DNA of 64,000 bases from Flectonema sp. DT1601 (taxonomy: Eukaryota): positions 744,001-808,000 of the forward strand of contig OZ025788.1 of the NCBI GenBank assembly GCA_964019425.1, in the 5' to 3' direction. Under the pieces are notes generated by a model, which was given only the letters and a program-made list of their open reading frames with translations, searched no databases and had not been told where the DNA came from. The translations under genes and the position numbers were made by a program. This document shows, piece by piece, positions 12,741 to 23,831 of this stretch; position 1 is the first letter of the stretch, and the number at the start of each line of letters is the position of its first letter.

Positions 12741-14977
12741 TCGCCAACAAACGCAAAATGATAAAAAAAAAAAAACGGTAAACGAGTAGGATGGCAGTAT
12801 TACGAGAATAGCGAGAAATATTATGAGACTGGATAGAAGCTCATGGTAAGTTTTGTCGCAAGTTCCCCTCAAAGACTTGAGTGGGAATACGACATTACCC
12901 TTCAACATATAAAGAATCAAAAAGAAGGAAACGAGGAAAAAAAAAACACCTTTTCTCCCGACTTTTTTTCCACCACAAACATATGTCAGACACTTACGTG
13001 GAATGGCAATACAAAGAGAAATATTATCAAAAGAAAAAAAGAGAGTTAAAAAAGGCAGGCAAGTCACGAGCACACTAAGTGACACACTGTAGCGTAGAAC
13101 AACGTAACATATCCGTGTCTAATACTCTCATTTTGTTATTAAGTACTTCAATCAGTAAGATATTCTAAAAGGTGCATTCGCTTTGTTTCATTTTTCATTT
13201 TTTTTTTTTTTTTTTTTTTCTTTGTTTTTTTGCTTTTCGTTCTTTTCTTAACAAAACAAATTAAAAAAAACGAGTGTGGGGAAAATAATATAAAAATCCC
13301 GAAAACGGGTGGAAAAAAAACACCGCAAAGTGAATATCCTTTTCTAGGTATGACCCCAAATAATGCAGGGCCTAAGTCTCTTAATTCTCACTGCTTTGCT
13401 AATAAGAGAGCAATAGATAGTATGCTGTGCATACTGATCTTGCATGAGTTGTTTTCGAAGATGAAATAAACCCCTGCTGCATTAGTCACACAAAAGGATA
13501 GTACCATGTATCATACTTGTTAGTTTTCAGCTGTACAGCCAGATAAACAAGACACAATACATAACCGATGTATGCACATAGCTCGACCCCAATTAGGGGG
13601 AGTAGCGCGAATGTTGTTATTTGAGATAAAACGCCTTCGATAATGAACCGAAGATTCTTTTTTTTTTTTTTTTTGCTGTTGTTTTTTTTGTTTCTTTCCT
13701 TATTCCACCGGGTATACAATCACTAACAGCGGGTAACTTGAGTTTTTATTTTTTTTATTTTCTTAAAAACTAATTATGTATAGTTGATGCCGTGAAAAAT
13801 TATCTGGCACAGAGAATGATTCCTTCCAGTGCTTTAAAAAAAGAGCGTCCTTCAGGTGGAAAGATTTCTGTAGCTCCTAACCCATGACCGTGAGACGGTA
13901 ATATTTCTTTTTTATTCAGTGATTTTTTTTTTTTTTTCCATATGAGTTTTTTTTACCATCTTTCTTTCACGATGATATTTCTTTCTGCTCTTGTTTCGGT
14001 GATCTTATATTGCAAAAAAAAAGTACAAGAGAAAGAAATATTTTTACCACAAAAGAAAAAAAGAAAGAAAAAAAAAAAATTATGGAAATATTTCTTGTAA
14101 GTCGTGCATATGAGTAGAAGACTAAAGCCAGTTAGTTTAGTTAAGTTGTAATGAGTTAAACACATGACCATATTCTTCTTAAAATCGCAACTTGACTCAT
14201 CCGTAAAAGAAATGAAAGAAAGCTGCAACTAGAAAGTGATTCTGACTAACGATAAGCCAATTTAATTTCCTTCGCATCTTTCTTGAATCGTGAATTGTCG
14301 TATTGAACATTTGTCAATAAAGCACACGTACAGAAATAACATAAAAGAAGTCAAACACTAGCAGCAGACTTTTTGAATTGTGAGCAATACACGAACGAAA
14401 AAAAGAAGAAACCCATACTAGTGGATGGGTAAATTCCTACTAAAAATTATATTCCTCTTAAATCGTGAATCGATGCATTCACTGAAACACACGAAAAAAA
14501 CTAAAAGAAGTCTGCCTCAGATTGATTCAAATAGACTACCAGAAGACATACGAGTTGTCGACGTAGTCAACGAGGAGCGAGTACAGAATGAATAAAATAA
14601 ATGGTTGATCCTTTACTATGGTTACAAAAGAAGTAAACCAAACTACAAGACGCTTACCACGTAAAACAATACGAATTTGTTACTCTATGGAACAGAGTGA
14701 AATAGTGCTACGATCGGCATCAGACACAGACAGCTCTGAAATTGCTGGGTTAGGTTGTACAAGACTGGGCTAATACTCCCGAGTAAGGAAAGAACAGTAA
14801 TCAGTTTGATAAATATACGGAGAGGGGGGGAAAGGAGACTGGACAAGAATAAAGTAGACGTTCTGAAAAATAAAAGAACGAGAGAGAGGGAAAAAAAAAA
14901 GAGAAAGTAGGCATTCTTTTCTCCTTTACGTGTGCTTTTTTTTTTTTTTTGCAGATAATTGATTGTTTGCTGACAAA

Positions 14978-16111
14978 CTACTGAGAAGCAGGAGTACCTT
15001 TCTCAAAGTTAACACCACCAGCTGGCATAGCAGAAGCTCTAAAGGTTTGAAGAAATGGAAGAACTAAAGGATCGACTGACTCACTAACAGGATTAGATTT
15101 AACACTCGCTGCAGGGGAAGTAATTTCACCCGAAGAGTTCGAATCTGAGCAGTGAGATTCCGAATGTGAAGATGAAATAACCGACTGTGTCGAGCGGTTA
15201 GATTTTCCTTTTCCACTACTTCCTGAAATAGCATCCCATTGTCTCTTCCTGCAAATGTGAACATTGTTGCAGTCTTCTCCCCATTTGCAGGACCTTCTCT
15301 GGTGAGGTCTGCAAATTCTCAGCATCGGAACGTGAACACATCCACTTCTCGGCTGAGATGAGATATCACACAATTCACGAAGTCCCTTTGTTACGGTCAC
15401 CATCACCTTCGGAAGAACCACGTTCTGACTTCCATTCCCAACTCTCAAAACTCTCATTTCTTTAACACCAGCTAAGAGTGGATAAGTTTCTGTCTTAGGT
15501 TCAATGCCACTCTCTTCTCTACAAGACTGTTGACCACAGCATGGCATTCTCCACATGACACGAAGGTGACGAAGGTATGAGGGTTCCACATGAAGGTTTG
15601 GACAGTTTTCTAATTCACACTCAGAATTCAACGAGCAGAGGATTCCCTTCTCATATCCACTGCGGAGTAACAGAGCGAGTCCAACTGTCTTTTTGATTCT
15701 ATCTAAAGGAACAGTAATTGCTTCTCCATCCTCTTCACTGTAAACATCTAAAGTTTGTTCTGATTCTTTAACATCTTCAGTGACCGGATGAAGTGTTCTC
15801 AATTGAGCAATCTTCTTCCTGTCTGCGTGAATTGAGTTACACTTACCCTGTGCACGACACTGTCTTACTTGGTACTTCTTACACAGAAAGGCTCTCTTGT
15901 TACTTCCTAAGTTTTGGAAATAGGTCTCTAGACCAGCTGTTGAAAGCACATCACTGTTTGATCTTCCATAAGAGAGTTCATAAGGCTTTCTATTTATTGG
16001 ATCAAATACGGTAATCTTTTGACCCACTGATTCATTCTTAACCTGATTCTGTTGAACTCCACTTCCCATTTGAAGGAATGAACTTTGCAAGTCGGATGCA
16101 CAAAAAGTCAT
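14978..16111 (-). CDS. Triple-CCCH zinc-finger protein, 377 aa
   Basis: CKKYQVRQCRAQGKCNSIH, CSLNSECELENCPNLH and CRPHQRRSCKWGEDCNNVH, each preceded by a T-x-G-L motif; Ser-rich tail. Confidence 0.85.
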   Translation of the reverse strand: MTFCASDLQSSFLQMGSGVQQNQVKNESVGQKITVFDPINRKPYELSYGRSNSDVLSTAGLETYFQNLGSNKRAFLCKKYQVRQCRAQGKCNSIHADRKKIAQLRTLHPVTEDVKESEQTLDVYSEEDGEAITVPLDRIKKTVGLALLLRSGYEKGILCSLNSECELENCPNLHVEPSYLRHLRVMWRMPCCGQQSCREESGIEPKTETYPLLAGVKEMRVLRVGNGSQNVVLPKVMVTVTKGLRELCDISSQPRSGCVHVPMLRICRPHQRRSCKWGEDCNNVHICRKRQWDAISGSSGKGKSNRSTQSVISSSHSESHCSDSNSSGEITSPAASVKSNPVSESVDPLVLPFLQTFRASAMPAGGVNFEKGTPASQ

Positions 16112-16463
16112 ATTATTATGTGGGTAATACCCCTGATTAATATAAACATTACTTTACCCGACAGTAGAATTACTCCTCTCTTCCAAACTACATATTAGTA
16201 ACTGTATATTAATTAAATTCATGTCGAAGTATAACAGTCTGGAAAGGAGTCAACGTCGTTGTCATTAAGTCCCTTTTATTTCTAAACAATAGAGGAGAGG
16301 ATAAGAAACTCTACTTTTAGATAATCAAAAAATAAGAATTTGAAACAGCAACGAGAGACAAAAGAGAGGTGCAATTTAAAGAGATATTTCATTAGTGGAT
16401 CAACGTGCAGGTTGGTTACCTGGTCATCCACCTTCGAAAAACGTTTTTAAATGAATTGAAGGT

Positions 16464-17195
16464 TCAATGTGATAGTTTACCTGATTTATTTATCATTCCC
16501 TTCATTGCACAACCAGAGTGATAATAAAGTTGTTCATCAGTGTATCGGAATTGATTTCCAATTCCCGGAACTGACCGAAGAGCTATCCAGGGTGATTCCA
16601 TTTCAGGTTTGGGATTTGATTTGGTAAACTCAAGAGCAAGTTTTAATAGTCTAGCAGCCTCTTCCTCCTGATCTACTGACAATGGTGTTTTGAGAATAAT
16701 TGGAAGAGGTAAGGAAGGGGAAGGCGTATCAAGAATAAGTATACTCCGAAGAGCAAACCAAGTTCCATATTTCGGGTGGATACAAAGATGAATATTATGA
16801 TCTAAAGCAGCCAATCCAATAGCCTCAGCTACTCTTTGCATTGGTATCTTAGTTTTTGCGTATTCGCTACTCCAAACGTAGCTGATTGTTTTATTAGGAA
16901 AGTACTTCTCAGCGTTTTCCATAATCACTTGCTTCGAAAATACGTCAACAGGATGTTCAATATTTGTATTTTGATCTTCTTTCCATATCATTAAATGTTC
17001 CCACATTGCTTTAGAATTTCCTACGAGAATTGCTTGCCTGCCAGGTGGCATCTTCGAAACTTGAGATCGAACTCTTTCTTCGACACCATCAATATATTCG
17101 TTATACCAATCGCTGTTGAATTCTTGTGAGATATCAAAACCTCTTTTCTCGATTGAGTTCATAAAGTCTGACGTTGATGAGTCCTCCATTGACAT
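16464..17195 (-). CDS. MMACHC: Cobalamin-processing chaperone CblC (cyanocobalamin reductase / alkylcobalamin dealkylase), 243 aa
   Basis: LCIHPKYGTWFALR resembles the CblC signature CIHPxxGGWFAxR; also LVGNSKAMW, HPVD and YTDEQLYY. Confidence 0.85.
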   Translation of the reverse strand: MSMEDSSTSDFMNSIEKRGFDISQEFNSDWYNEYIDGVEERVRSQVSKMPPGRQAILVGNSKAMWEHLMIWKEDQNTNIEHPVDVFSKQVIMENAEKYFPNKTISYVWSSEYAKTKIPMQRVAEAIGLAALDHNIHLCIHPKYGTWFALRSILILDTPSPSLPLPIILKTPLSVDQEEEAARLLKLALEFTKSNPKPEMESPWIALRSVPGIGNQFRYTDEQLYYHSGCAMKGMINKSGKLSH

Positions 17196-17736
17196 GTTTG
17201 CTACTCTGAGTTCTGAAGTTTGAATTGAAATTTTAAAAAAATAACTGTTGATTTAATAAGATAGTCTGATTATCACGCGTGGGTGGGTTATTACCGAGTG
17301 GGGTAATGAAACGAGGTAAAAACCCACCACAAGTGAAAATCTGCATCTGATTTTTGCATCTAAAACCGTCGTTTTATTTTACGATAGGAGGCTTCGAAGG
17401 GAAAAATTACACCCCGGCGGTCTACGGGCTCTTCAGGAGTCCATCCTGCATCCTTGGCGGCTTCGGTGCACTGCTGCTCCACAGGCAGGGCCGCTCTAAT
17501 TCCTTACCCCAATAATGAGCCCTGGTAAAAAAATGTTGAGTATAGCTGCCCACATTCAACTGATACTAGTAAGAAAAATCCTCTCGGAAATCTCCCAAAA
17601 AAAAAAGCACTCCGAACACACATCAACCTGGGGAATGCAATTTTTGAGATTCAAGTGAGATTGGAAGTGGAAAACTGGGGGGGAAAAAATTGCCTGAGCG
17701 TGAAAGAATGTTACAATACTTCACGCTCGCAACGGG

Positions 17737-18642
17737 CCTAACCAAAATGCGTGCAATTAAATTCGGTAAAAAACACTTCATGCTCAGCCCAGGAGTGAAA
17801 TACTGTACTTTCTGATTTTCACTAAATTTTCCCTAAGAAGCCAGATAGAGTAAAATAAGAAAGGTTTTTTTAGTCAGATATAACCAACAGACGTCATTCA
17901 GTTGATTTCTTTCAATAACAACATCCCATATCTGGCAGCCATCTTCAATAATAAGAGACTTTGTACGGAACTCAATGATTTTGCTACAGGCAGGGAGCCC
18001 AATACATCGCCTCCAGAAAGAATAATAACGAGAATGAAAAAAAAAAAAAAAAGAAACTGTTACGCAATATTGGCAAATCGTAAAAAACGTATTATTGCAA
18101 CATGTATAAAAGACGAAGTCAAGAAATAACAATCACAATAATACAAACAACGACTGAAAAAGGTTTACCACTTTTATCATTATACAACAGAATGTTATTT
18201 CTATTCTCCATAATAGAAGGTAAACGCAATAAACGATTAGAATCACGTTTATCATACAGTAAGAACTACTGACCGTGACTACGCCTATCGTTGATCGCGA
18301 TGAAACCCCTAGTCTGACAGGGAATTGAATAAATGAAATAATAAGCTGAACAGAAGGTAAAACAACGTAAAAACAGTAACAATTTTTAGTGATTAAAACA
18401 AAGTAATAAAAGAAAAGGTATGTTTACAAAAAACGTAAACACAGAAGGGACCATACAAGAAGGGGTGTTGAAACGTTTGAGTATGTTTGAAGGAATAAAT
18501 ATCTGTATTATGCCGAAGTTTACTAAAATAAACATTAGTTATGATACAGTAGACTAAGGTAGGGGTAAACGCACGAATATGACAAGAAAAAAAGGGGGGA
18601 AAGCAGCTGAGCTGACATCGCGTCTCGGTTTAGTTAGTCACA
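17737..18642. other. Segment inverted relative to its paralog 23840-24423
   Basis: Copy 1 reads cgcaacggg|cctaacc...gtcaca|gagagt; copy 2 reads cgcaacggg|tgtgac...ggttagg|agagagt. Copy 2 also lacks roughly 18080-18415. Confidence 0.93.
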
Positions 18643-21600
18643 GAGAGTAATATCAGAACTCGTATTGCTTCTCCATGTTTGGTTAGTCTCATTTGTTAAA
18701 CTAGAAGTGCTATTATCTGAAATCCAATGATGTGATAAGAGGTCGGAAACTGTTGGTCTGTCCTCAGGTATTGTATTCAACACGAGAGTAATAAAGTTTC
18801 GATCATCAACGTTAACAATTGATTTCAACGTTGGAGAAGAGTTACAAATATGATACATCATTTCCCATGGGCTTGATAATAAAGGCCAAGGAGGATCCCC
18901 ACTTAGCATTTCACATACAACACATCCAACAGACCAAATGTCTGCTTTGGTTCCGTAACCGCATTCTCCACTTTTTATTACTTCAGGTGCCATCCAGCGT
19001 GGGGTTCCAACCACGGTAGAAGCGGGTTTGTTGGTGTTGCTCCAATTTTTTAAACATCCGAAGTCAGTTAACATACAAACCCCGTTACTTATTAATATGT
19101 TAACTCCCTTTATATCTCTGTGAAGAATCTTGTGACTATGAAGAAATCCAACTCCCTTGAGAATTTGTTTTGTGAATTTTCTAACAACATTCCGTTGCAA
19201 GCAACGTGCTGATTGTTTTTCAATCAATGCTGAAAGAGAACCCTCTGGATAAAAAGTCATTATTATAAAAATTTCAAAATCATTGGATTCAAAAGATAAG
19301 TACTTTATTATGTTTGGGTGTCGTAGATTCTTTATCAGGTTAAACTCTTGTTGATAACCTCTAGCTTCATCACGAGAGCATATAATCTGTTTTACTGCTA
19401 CTGTGGCACCATCGTTTGTAATCGCTTCATAAACTACTCCAAATGATCCTTTTCCGACTATGCTATGAGCAGACCAGAATTCACCACATTTTAATGAGTT
19501 CATTTCCGTTTCCGCAGATGAAACCAAGACAGCGTGTTCACTATGACTGATGTCTTTCAGTTTGTTTTTTAGAAATCTTCGAATGCCGCAGATGACCAGA
19601 CAGAATACTAAAACAACACCAAGAACAACAGCAACAATAACAGAAATAGGAATAACATCCTCTGGAGACGTTTCCACATCATCAGGCGGTGTTATAGATA
19701 TTGTTGAGTTATAAGTTGCGACGTAGTAAGTCGACCCATCAGCATTAAGTAAATGTTGAAAACTGTTTATAGAGCGATCAGGAACATCATCGTTGATGGT
19801 TACTTCACGATCGTCGTCATAATTAAACCGCAGCCACAGCAAAGCCTTTTTCTCTCCTGCCGGAGCTATTCCTCGAACCTGCCACTCGTTTGGCAGTGTC
19901 GATGAGGAAATATCCCAAACCCAGTCAACAGTTGAATCGTTGGTTCCATTCCCAACAACATAACCAAAGCTGTTGCTACCTTCTGTTTGACATGAGAACG
20001 AAACAGTTCTGGTTATCTTCTCTCGTTTGAGAAAAACTAATCTTATTTCCGAATTATTAAACGAAGGAGGGAATATAAACTGCAGAGTAATCAACATTTC
20101 ATTGTCTTCAAGAACTCGGTTGAAATTATGCAGCCCTCTCAACAGCAACTGAGGAGTGGTTCGGTTGAGTTGAAAGAAGAATGTTTGTCCTTTTTCAAGT
20201 AGCGAGTCTTCTATAACGATAGGTTTCTTTACTTTATCTGCATTTAATACAGTTATATTGGTGTAGTCTGTGTATGAATTACATCGGATCCAGCTGTTTC
20301 TTTTTTCGACACTATCAGGATTGTTTCTTGATGACATCGGCTGATGGATAAGAAGATAGTCGTCGTCGCTGATGTGAAATTCTGAATTTTGTAATATCAA
20401 TTTAAAAGAATCTGGTCTTAACAACCTGATATCTGACTGGTGAATTACCGAATTATTCAATACTATCGCTGGAGGGTCGCTATCACCGAAAGTAGTAGGT
20501 GAGCTAGTTGGGACTATAAGTGATTTCTTTGATAAGATTGCACCATCAAACGTAACTGAGCAGTGCTTGCAATATGCTATAATAATCCAGCCCCGTTGAA
20601 CCCAAGTATTTAAAAATAAAAATGGCGTTGGATCCTGCCCCACTTCCTCTCTACTTAATGCAATAGAAAATCCACGACAATTAAAAATATTTGAATCGAA
20701 TTTTATTATTCCGCCCGTGAAGGATGACGGCATTAAAAGTCCGCCGTGATGAAACGTTGAATCAATCTTATTACCAATAAATTCAAAATAGTCAAAAAGC
20801 GATTTCGGCGTAACATAAACTGCACTATTACCGTAAGCCCTCGTGGTGCCTCCAGTCAACAAGTTGTAAGCGAAAGATACAGAAACTTCAACCATATATG
20901 GGGTGCTTACGAATATGACGAGCGGAAAAGCAAGAATATCTCCAGCTATCATCGTGTTTCCAACAATGTTTATGCTTGAACTAATTGGATTTGTACTGGC
21001 AATAGACGAATTCCAAAATGAGCTTTCTACAATGCTAAATTCCGATCCGATACCCATATTGATGTCATTAAATTCCACACCCATAAACATCACATTTTCC
21101 ACAGCTGACAATGTCAAAGGTAATTTTGAATTATACATGGAGGACATTATTCTCAAGATTGGTTCTAATCCTACTTCATCCACGAGACCAACCCCTCCAA
21201 GTTGTAAGCCACTCACTACTATTAGAAATGAAATATCACCTCGTGCTTTTGGAAGTAGTTCCGTCAGTTTTTTAAAATGACTAAAAGCTGAATCATTTAC
21301 CGGGAGATCTAACCTTAATCTACTACCACAGGAATCAGGTGAGACTGTTACGTTTATAAATAAAAACCATTCTTCTCTATCAGAAAGGTCATTGATTGTG
21401 TTGATAATAGTATCATTAGAGTGTGAGATTCCTATGCGAATTCGAAGTTTGTATTCACCAGGTTCTAAGATTGTTAGATAGAGAGATAATTTAGTTATTA
21501 CTGTCATTGAGGGGGTTTGTATCCCAGAGAAGAAAAACCCATGATCACCATTTGAAAGAATCGTATCAGATCGTGAAAACGAAACAGTTTCGTAGTTTCC

Positions 21601-22749
21601 GACCGATATTTTAATATTGCGAGACAGTAGTGAAATTGAGAATTCCGTGTGTTCCGTTATATGAAATTGGTCTTCTGTCGGGTCAAGTAATTCAATTGCG
21701 TTGTTAGTAAATACTTTTGCAATAAAAGTTGTAAACACACCATCAACACCTGCATCAGTAATCGCAACACGGTCCCCTCTGGACCATCCTCGACTATTTG
21801 TTATATTATCTGAAAAATCAAAGAACACGAACCTTCCTCCTTTACTAAGATTTGAAACAGGAGCGATCCAAGATTTAAACTCATCACCAACAATTGTTAT
21901 TCGCGACTCTTCCTCACTTTCAATTTTTGATTTATTAGTTGAATCAAAATAGATGGTAGTCTCACTTAGGTGTGGGCATGTTATAGTACCCATCTGAAAA
22001 GATGATTCCCTAGAGAGTATTAAACTACCAATTTCTATGATCCCAGGCTTGTCTAAAACCGTAACTGTCACGTCTACAGGTATTGTTAGATACTCAGTAT
22101 AAGTCCAAATAGTTGGATCTAGGTAGTAGGTACCTGAAGTCATTTCGTAAGGAGGTTCCAAGATGGGTTCCAAGATGTCCTCAACTTGAGGGGCTTTGTT
22201 GCAATTAATTGGATCAAGTTTCCGTTTGAAAGCAAGTCGATTAAAACCTTTACGAGAACAACTTCCTATTTGATTCATCTCATTATTGAATGAATAAGTT
22301 AACACAACTGATCCAGTTAAAGGCCAACGAGGTATCACTTTCCAATACCACGTACCACCATAGTCTTCGAATGAGGTCCAAGTTGTAGTGTCCCAGGTGT
22401 ATTTGTAAAGATGTTCTGAAGTTAGTTGGAATCCTACAGCAATATCAGTGTTGATTAAACCTTCCACATGTAGTGATTCAATAGAAGAAAGACTCGTATT
22501 ATAATAAACCTGAATAGCATATACAGCACAACCAACGAGTTCTTTAGGTACTGATAGAGTTCCCTTCGTACCTTCAGAGAAAACTCTTTTGTCAACTCGA
22601 AAGAAAAGATTCGAAGTTGAGGACATCTGTTCCGTAACTTCATCAGTGACAGAAACGGTTTTTACTCGGGTGGCACATCTTTCCTTGTATTCCTCGGTAA
22701 ATGCAATCTGGAGTACAGCCAACAATATAACTGTGATGCCAGCTTGCAT
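18634..22749 (-). CDS. Receptor-like kinase copy 1: signal peptide, G8 domain plus beta-helix ectodomain, TM, STE11/MEKK-like Ser/Thr kinase
   Basis: Signal MQAGITVILLAVLQIAFT. G8/CEMIP-like motifs FQMGTITCP, KSW, WSRGDRVAIT and ISLLSRNIKI. TM VIVAVVLGVVLVFCLVICGI. Kinase motifs GKGSFG, VAVK, HRDIKGVN, DFG and GTPRWMAPE. ATG at 22749 follows a pyrimidine tract plus CAG. Confidence 0.88.
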   Translation of the reverse strand: MQAGITVILLAVLQIAFTEEYKERCATRVKTVSVTDEVTEQMSSTSNLFFRVDKRVFSEGTKGTLSVPKELVGCAVYAIQVYYNTSLSSIESLHVEGLINTDIAVGFQLTSEHLYKYTWDTTTWTSFEDYGGTWYWKVIPRWPLTGSVVLTYSFNNEMNQIGSCSRKGFNRLAFKRKLDPINCNKAPQVEDILEPILEPPYEMTSGTYYLDPTIWTYTEYLTIPVDVTVTVLDKPGIIEIGSLILSRESSFQMGTITCPHLSETTIYFDSTNKSKIESEEESRITIVGDEFKSWIAPVSNLSKGGRFVFFDFSDNITNSRGWSRGDRVAITDAGVDGVFTTFIAKVFTNNAIELLDPTEDQFHITEHTEFSISLLSRNIKISVGNYETVSFSRSDTILSNGDHGFFFSGIQTPSMTVITKLSLYLTILEPGEYKLRIRIGISHSNDTIINTINDLSDREEWFLFINVTVSPDSCGSRLRLDLPVNDSAFSHFKKLTELLPKARGDISFLIVVSGLQLGGVGLVDEVGLEPILRIMSSMYNSKLPLTLSAVENVMFMGVEFNDINMGIGSEFSIVESSFWNSSIASTNPISSSINIVGNTMIAGDILAFPLVIFVSTPYMVEVSVSFAYNLLTGGTTRAYGNSAVYVTPKSLFDYFEFIGNKIDSTFHHGGLLMPSSFTGGIIKFDSNIFNCRGFSIALSREEVGQDPTPFLFLNTWVQRGWIIIAYCKHCSVTFDGAILSKKSLIVPTSSPTTFGDSDPPAIVLNNSVIHQSDIRLLRPDSFKLILQNSEFHISDDDYLLIHQPMSSRNNPDSVEKRNSWIRCNSYTDYTNITVLNADKVKKPIVIEDSLLEKGQTFFFQLNRTTPQLLLRGLHNFNRVLEDNEMLITLQFIFPPSFNNSEIRLVFLKREKITRTVSFSCQTEGSNSFGYVVGNGTNDSTVDWVWDISSSTLPNEWQVRGIAPAGEKKALLWLRFNYDDDREVTINDDVPDRSINSFQHLLNADGSTYYVATYNSTISITPPDDVETSPEDVIPISVIVAVVLGVVLVFCLVICGIRRFLKNKLKDISHSEHAVLVSSAETEMNSLKCGEFWSAHSIVGKGSFGVVYEAITNDGATVAVKQIICSRDEARGYQQEFNLIKNLRHPNIIKYLSFESNDFEIFIIMTFYPEGSLSALIEKQSARCLQRNVVRKFTKQILKGVGFLHSHKILHRDIKGVNILISNGVCMLTDFGCLKNWSNTNKPASTVVGTPRWMAPEVIKSGECGYGTKADIWSVGCVVCEMLSGDPPWPLLSSPWEMMYHICNSSPTLKSIVNVDDRNFITLVLNTIPEDRPTVSDLLSHHWISDNSTSSLTNETNQTWRSNTSSDITLCD

Positions 22750-22927
22750 CTCTACCGTCTCAAAGGTGCCTGAGTAAGGAAAAGAAAATAAAACTAAAGC
22801 AACAAACAGCACACCATCAACCTCTGGTAATTATTAAACCCTTATTCTTTATGAAGTATCCTGTCAGAAATCTTTGGTTTTCAAACAATACGCAAACTAT
22901 TTGGGTGACAACTCTTATTTCGTGGCG

Positions 22928-22960
<33 letters not shown>

Positions 22961-23343
22961 AGGTTGTAAAAACACTAAATGAGGGCAAAGAAAAGCACTC
23001 GCGAACGAACATTGTTTTGCTATCGAAGGTTGACTTGTTAGATCAATTCAAAAAAAAAAAATAAATAAATAAATAAAAAATACGATGTATGATCATCGTT
23101 CAAAAACAAGTGGGAAATCGATATCGGCGTGTATGTGTAAAATGACTACTCTCAACTGTATCATAAGTGTAATAAGCTAACCTTGGGAAACACGATTGGC
23201 CAATAATTCCAACGTAATCAGCAAAGACATCAATTCCATTAAAATTCCAATTACTCGCTGCCATTAGAACCAGAGCCAACCAGTAACACTTCAGTCAATA
23301 CGACCTGAAGTTCTAAATCGCATCCATCTGTCGGAAAGTACTC

Positions 23344-23407
23344 TCAGTGGTGTTTATGAAGGTGCATTGTAAGACTGTGCAGTCCTGTGTGCATGTGAGG
23401 GTTTGCC
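23344..23407 (-). pseudogene. Truncated 3' fragment of the His-rich gene (last ~20 codons) left by the duplication junction
   Basis: Matches 29126-29189 and is cut exactly at the unit junction. Confidence 0.75.
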
Positions 23408-23697
23408 TAAAAACCCACCACAAGTGAAAATCTGCATCTGATTTTTGCATCTAAAACCGTCGTTTTATTTTACGATAGGAGGCTTCGAAGGGAAAAATTA
23501 CACCCCGGCGGTCTACGGGCTCTTCAGGAGTCCATCCTGCATCCTCGGCGGCTTCGGTGCACTGCTGCTCCACAGGCAGGGTCGCTCTAATTTCTTGCCC
23601 CAATATTGAGCCCTGGTAAAAAAATGTTGAGTATAGCTGCCCACATTCAACTGATACTAGTAAGAAAAATCCTCTCGGAAATCTCCCAAAAAAAAAA

Positions 23698-23757
23698 GCA
23701 CTCCGAACACGCATCACCTGGGGAATCCAGGTTCGATTCCTGGCGGGTGCAATTTTT
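23698..23757 (+). pseudogene. Internally deleted tRNA(Gly)-like element with intact T-arm/B-box and oligo-T terminator
   Basis: GCACTC pairs with GGGTGC followed by A (acceptor-like stem). CCAGG-TTCGATT-CCTGG is a perfect T-arm and is followed by ATTTTT. There is no proper D or anticodon arm. The paralog near 17607-17645 has lost the T-arm. Confidence 0.7.
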
Positions 23758-23798
23758 GAGATTCAAGTGAGTTCCACTTACGAAAAAAAAAAATGCCT

Positions 23799-23831
23799 GA
23801 GCGTGAAAGAATGTTACCATACTTCACGCTC
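23799..23831. other. Perfect 9-bp hairpin next to the inversion breakpoint (paralog 17696-17728)
   Basis: gagcgtgaa-N15-ttcacgctc; the two copies differ only in the loop. Confidence 0.7.

Noticed and set aside
14328..14336. Partial spliced-leader-like match (TTTCTGTAC on the minus strand)
   Set aside because: Only 9 nt match, with no rest of the SL exon, donor site or tandem array.
17696..17740. Helitron 3' end (hairpin followed by CTAA)
   Set aside because: There is no T after CTRR, no 5' TC terminus and no Rep/helicase, and the CTAA belongs to the inverted segment.
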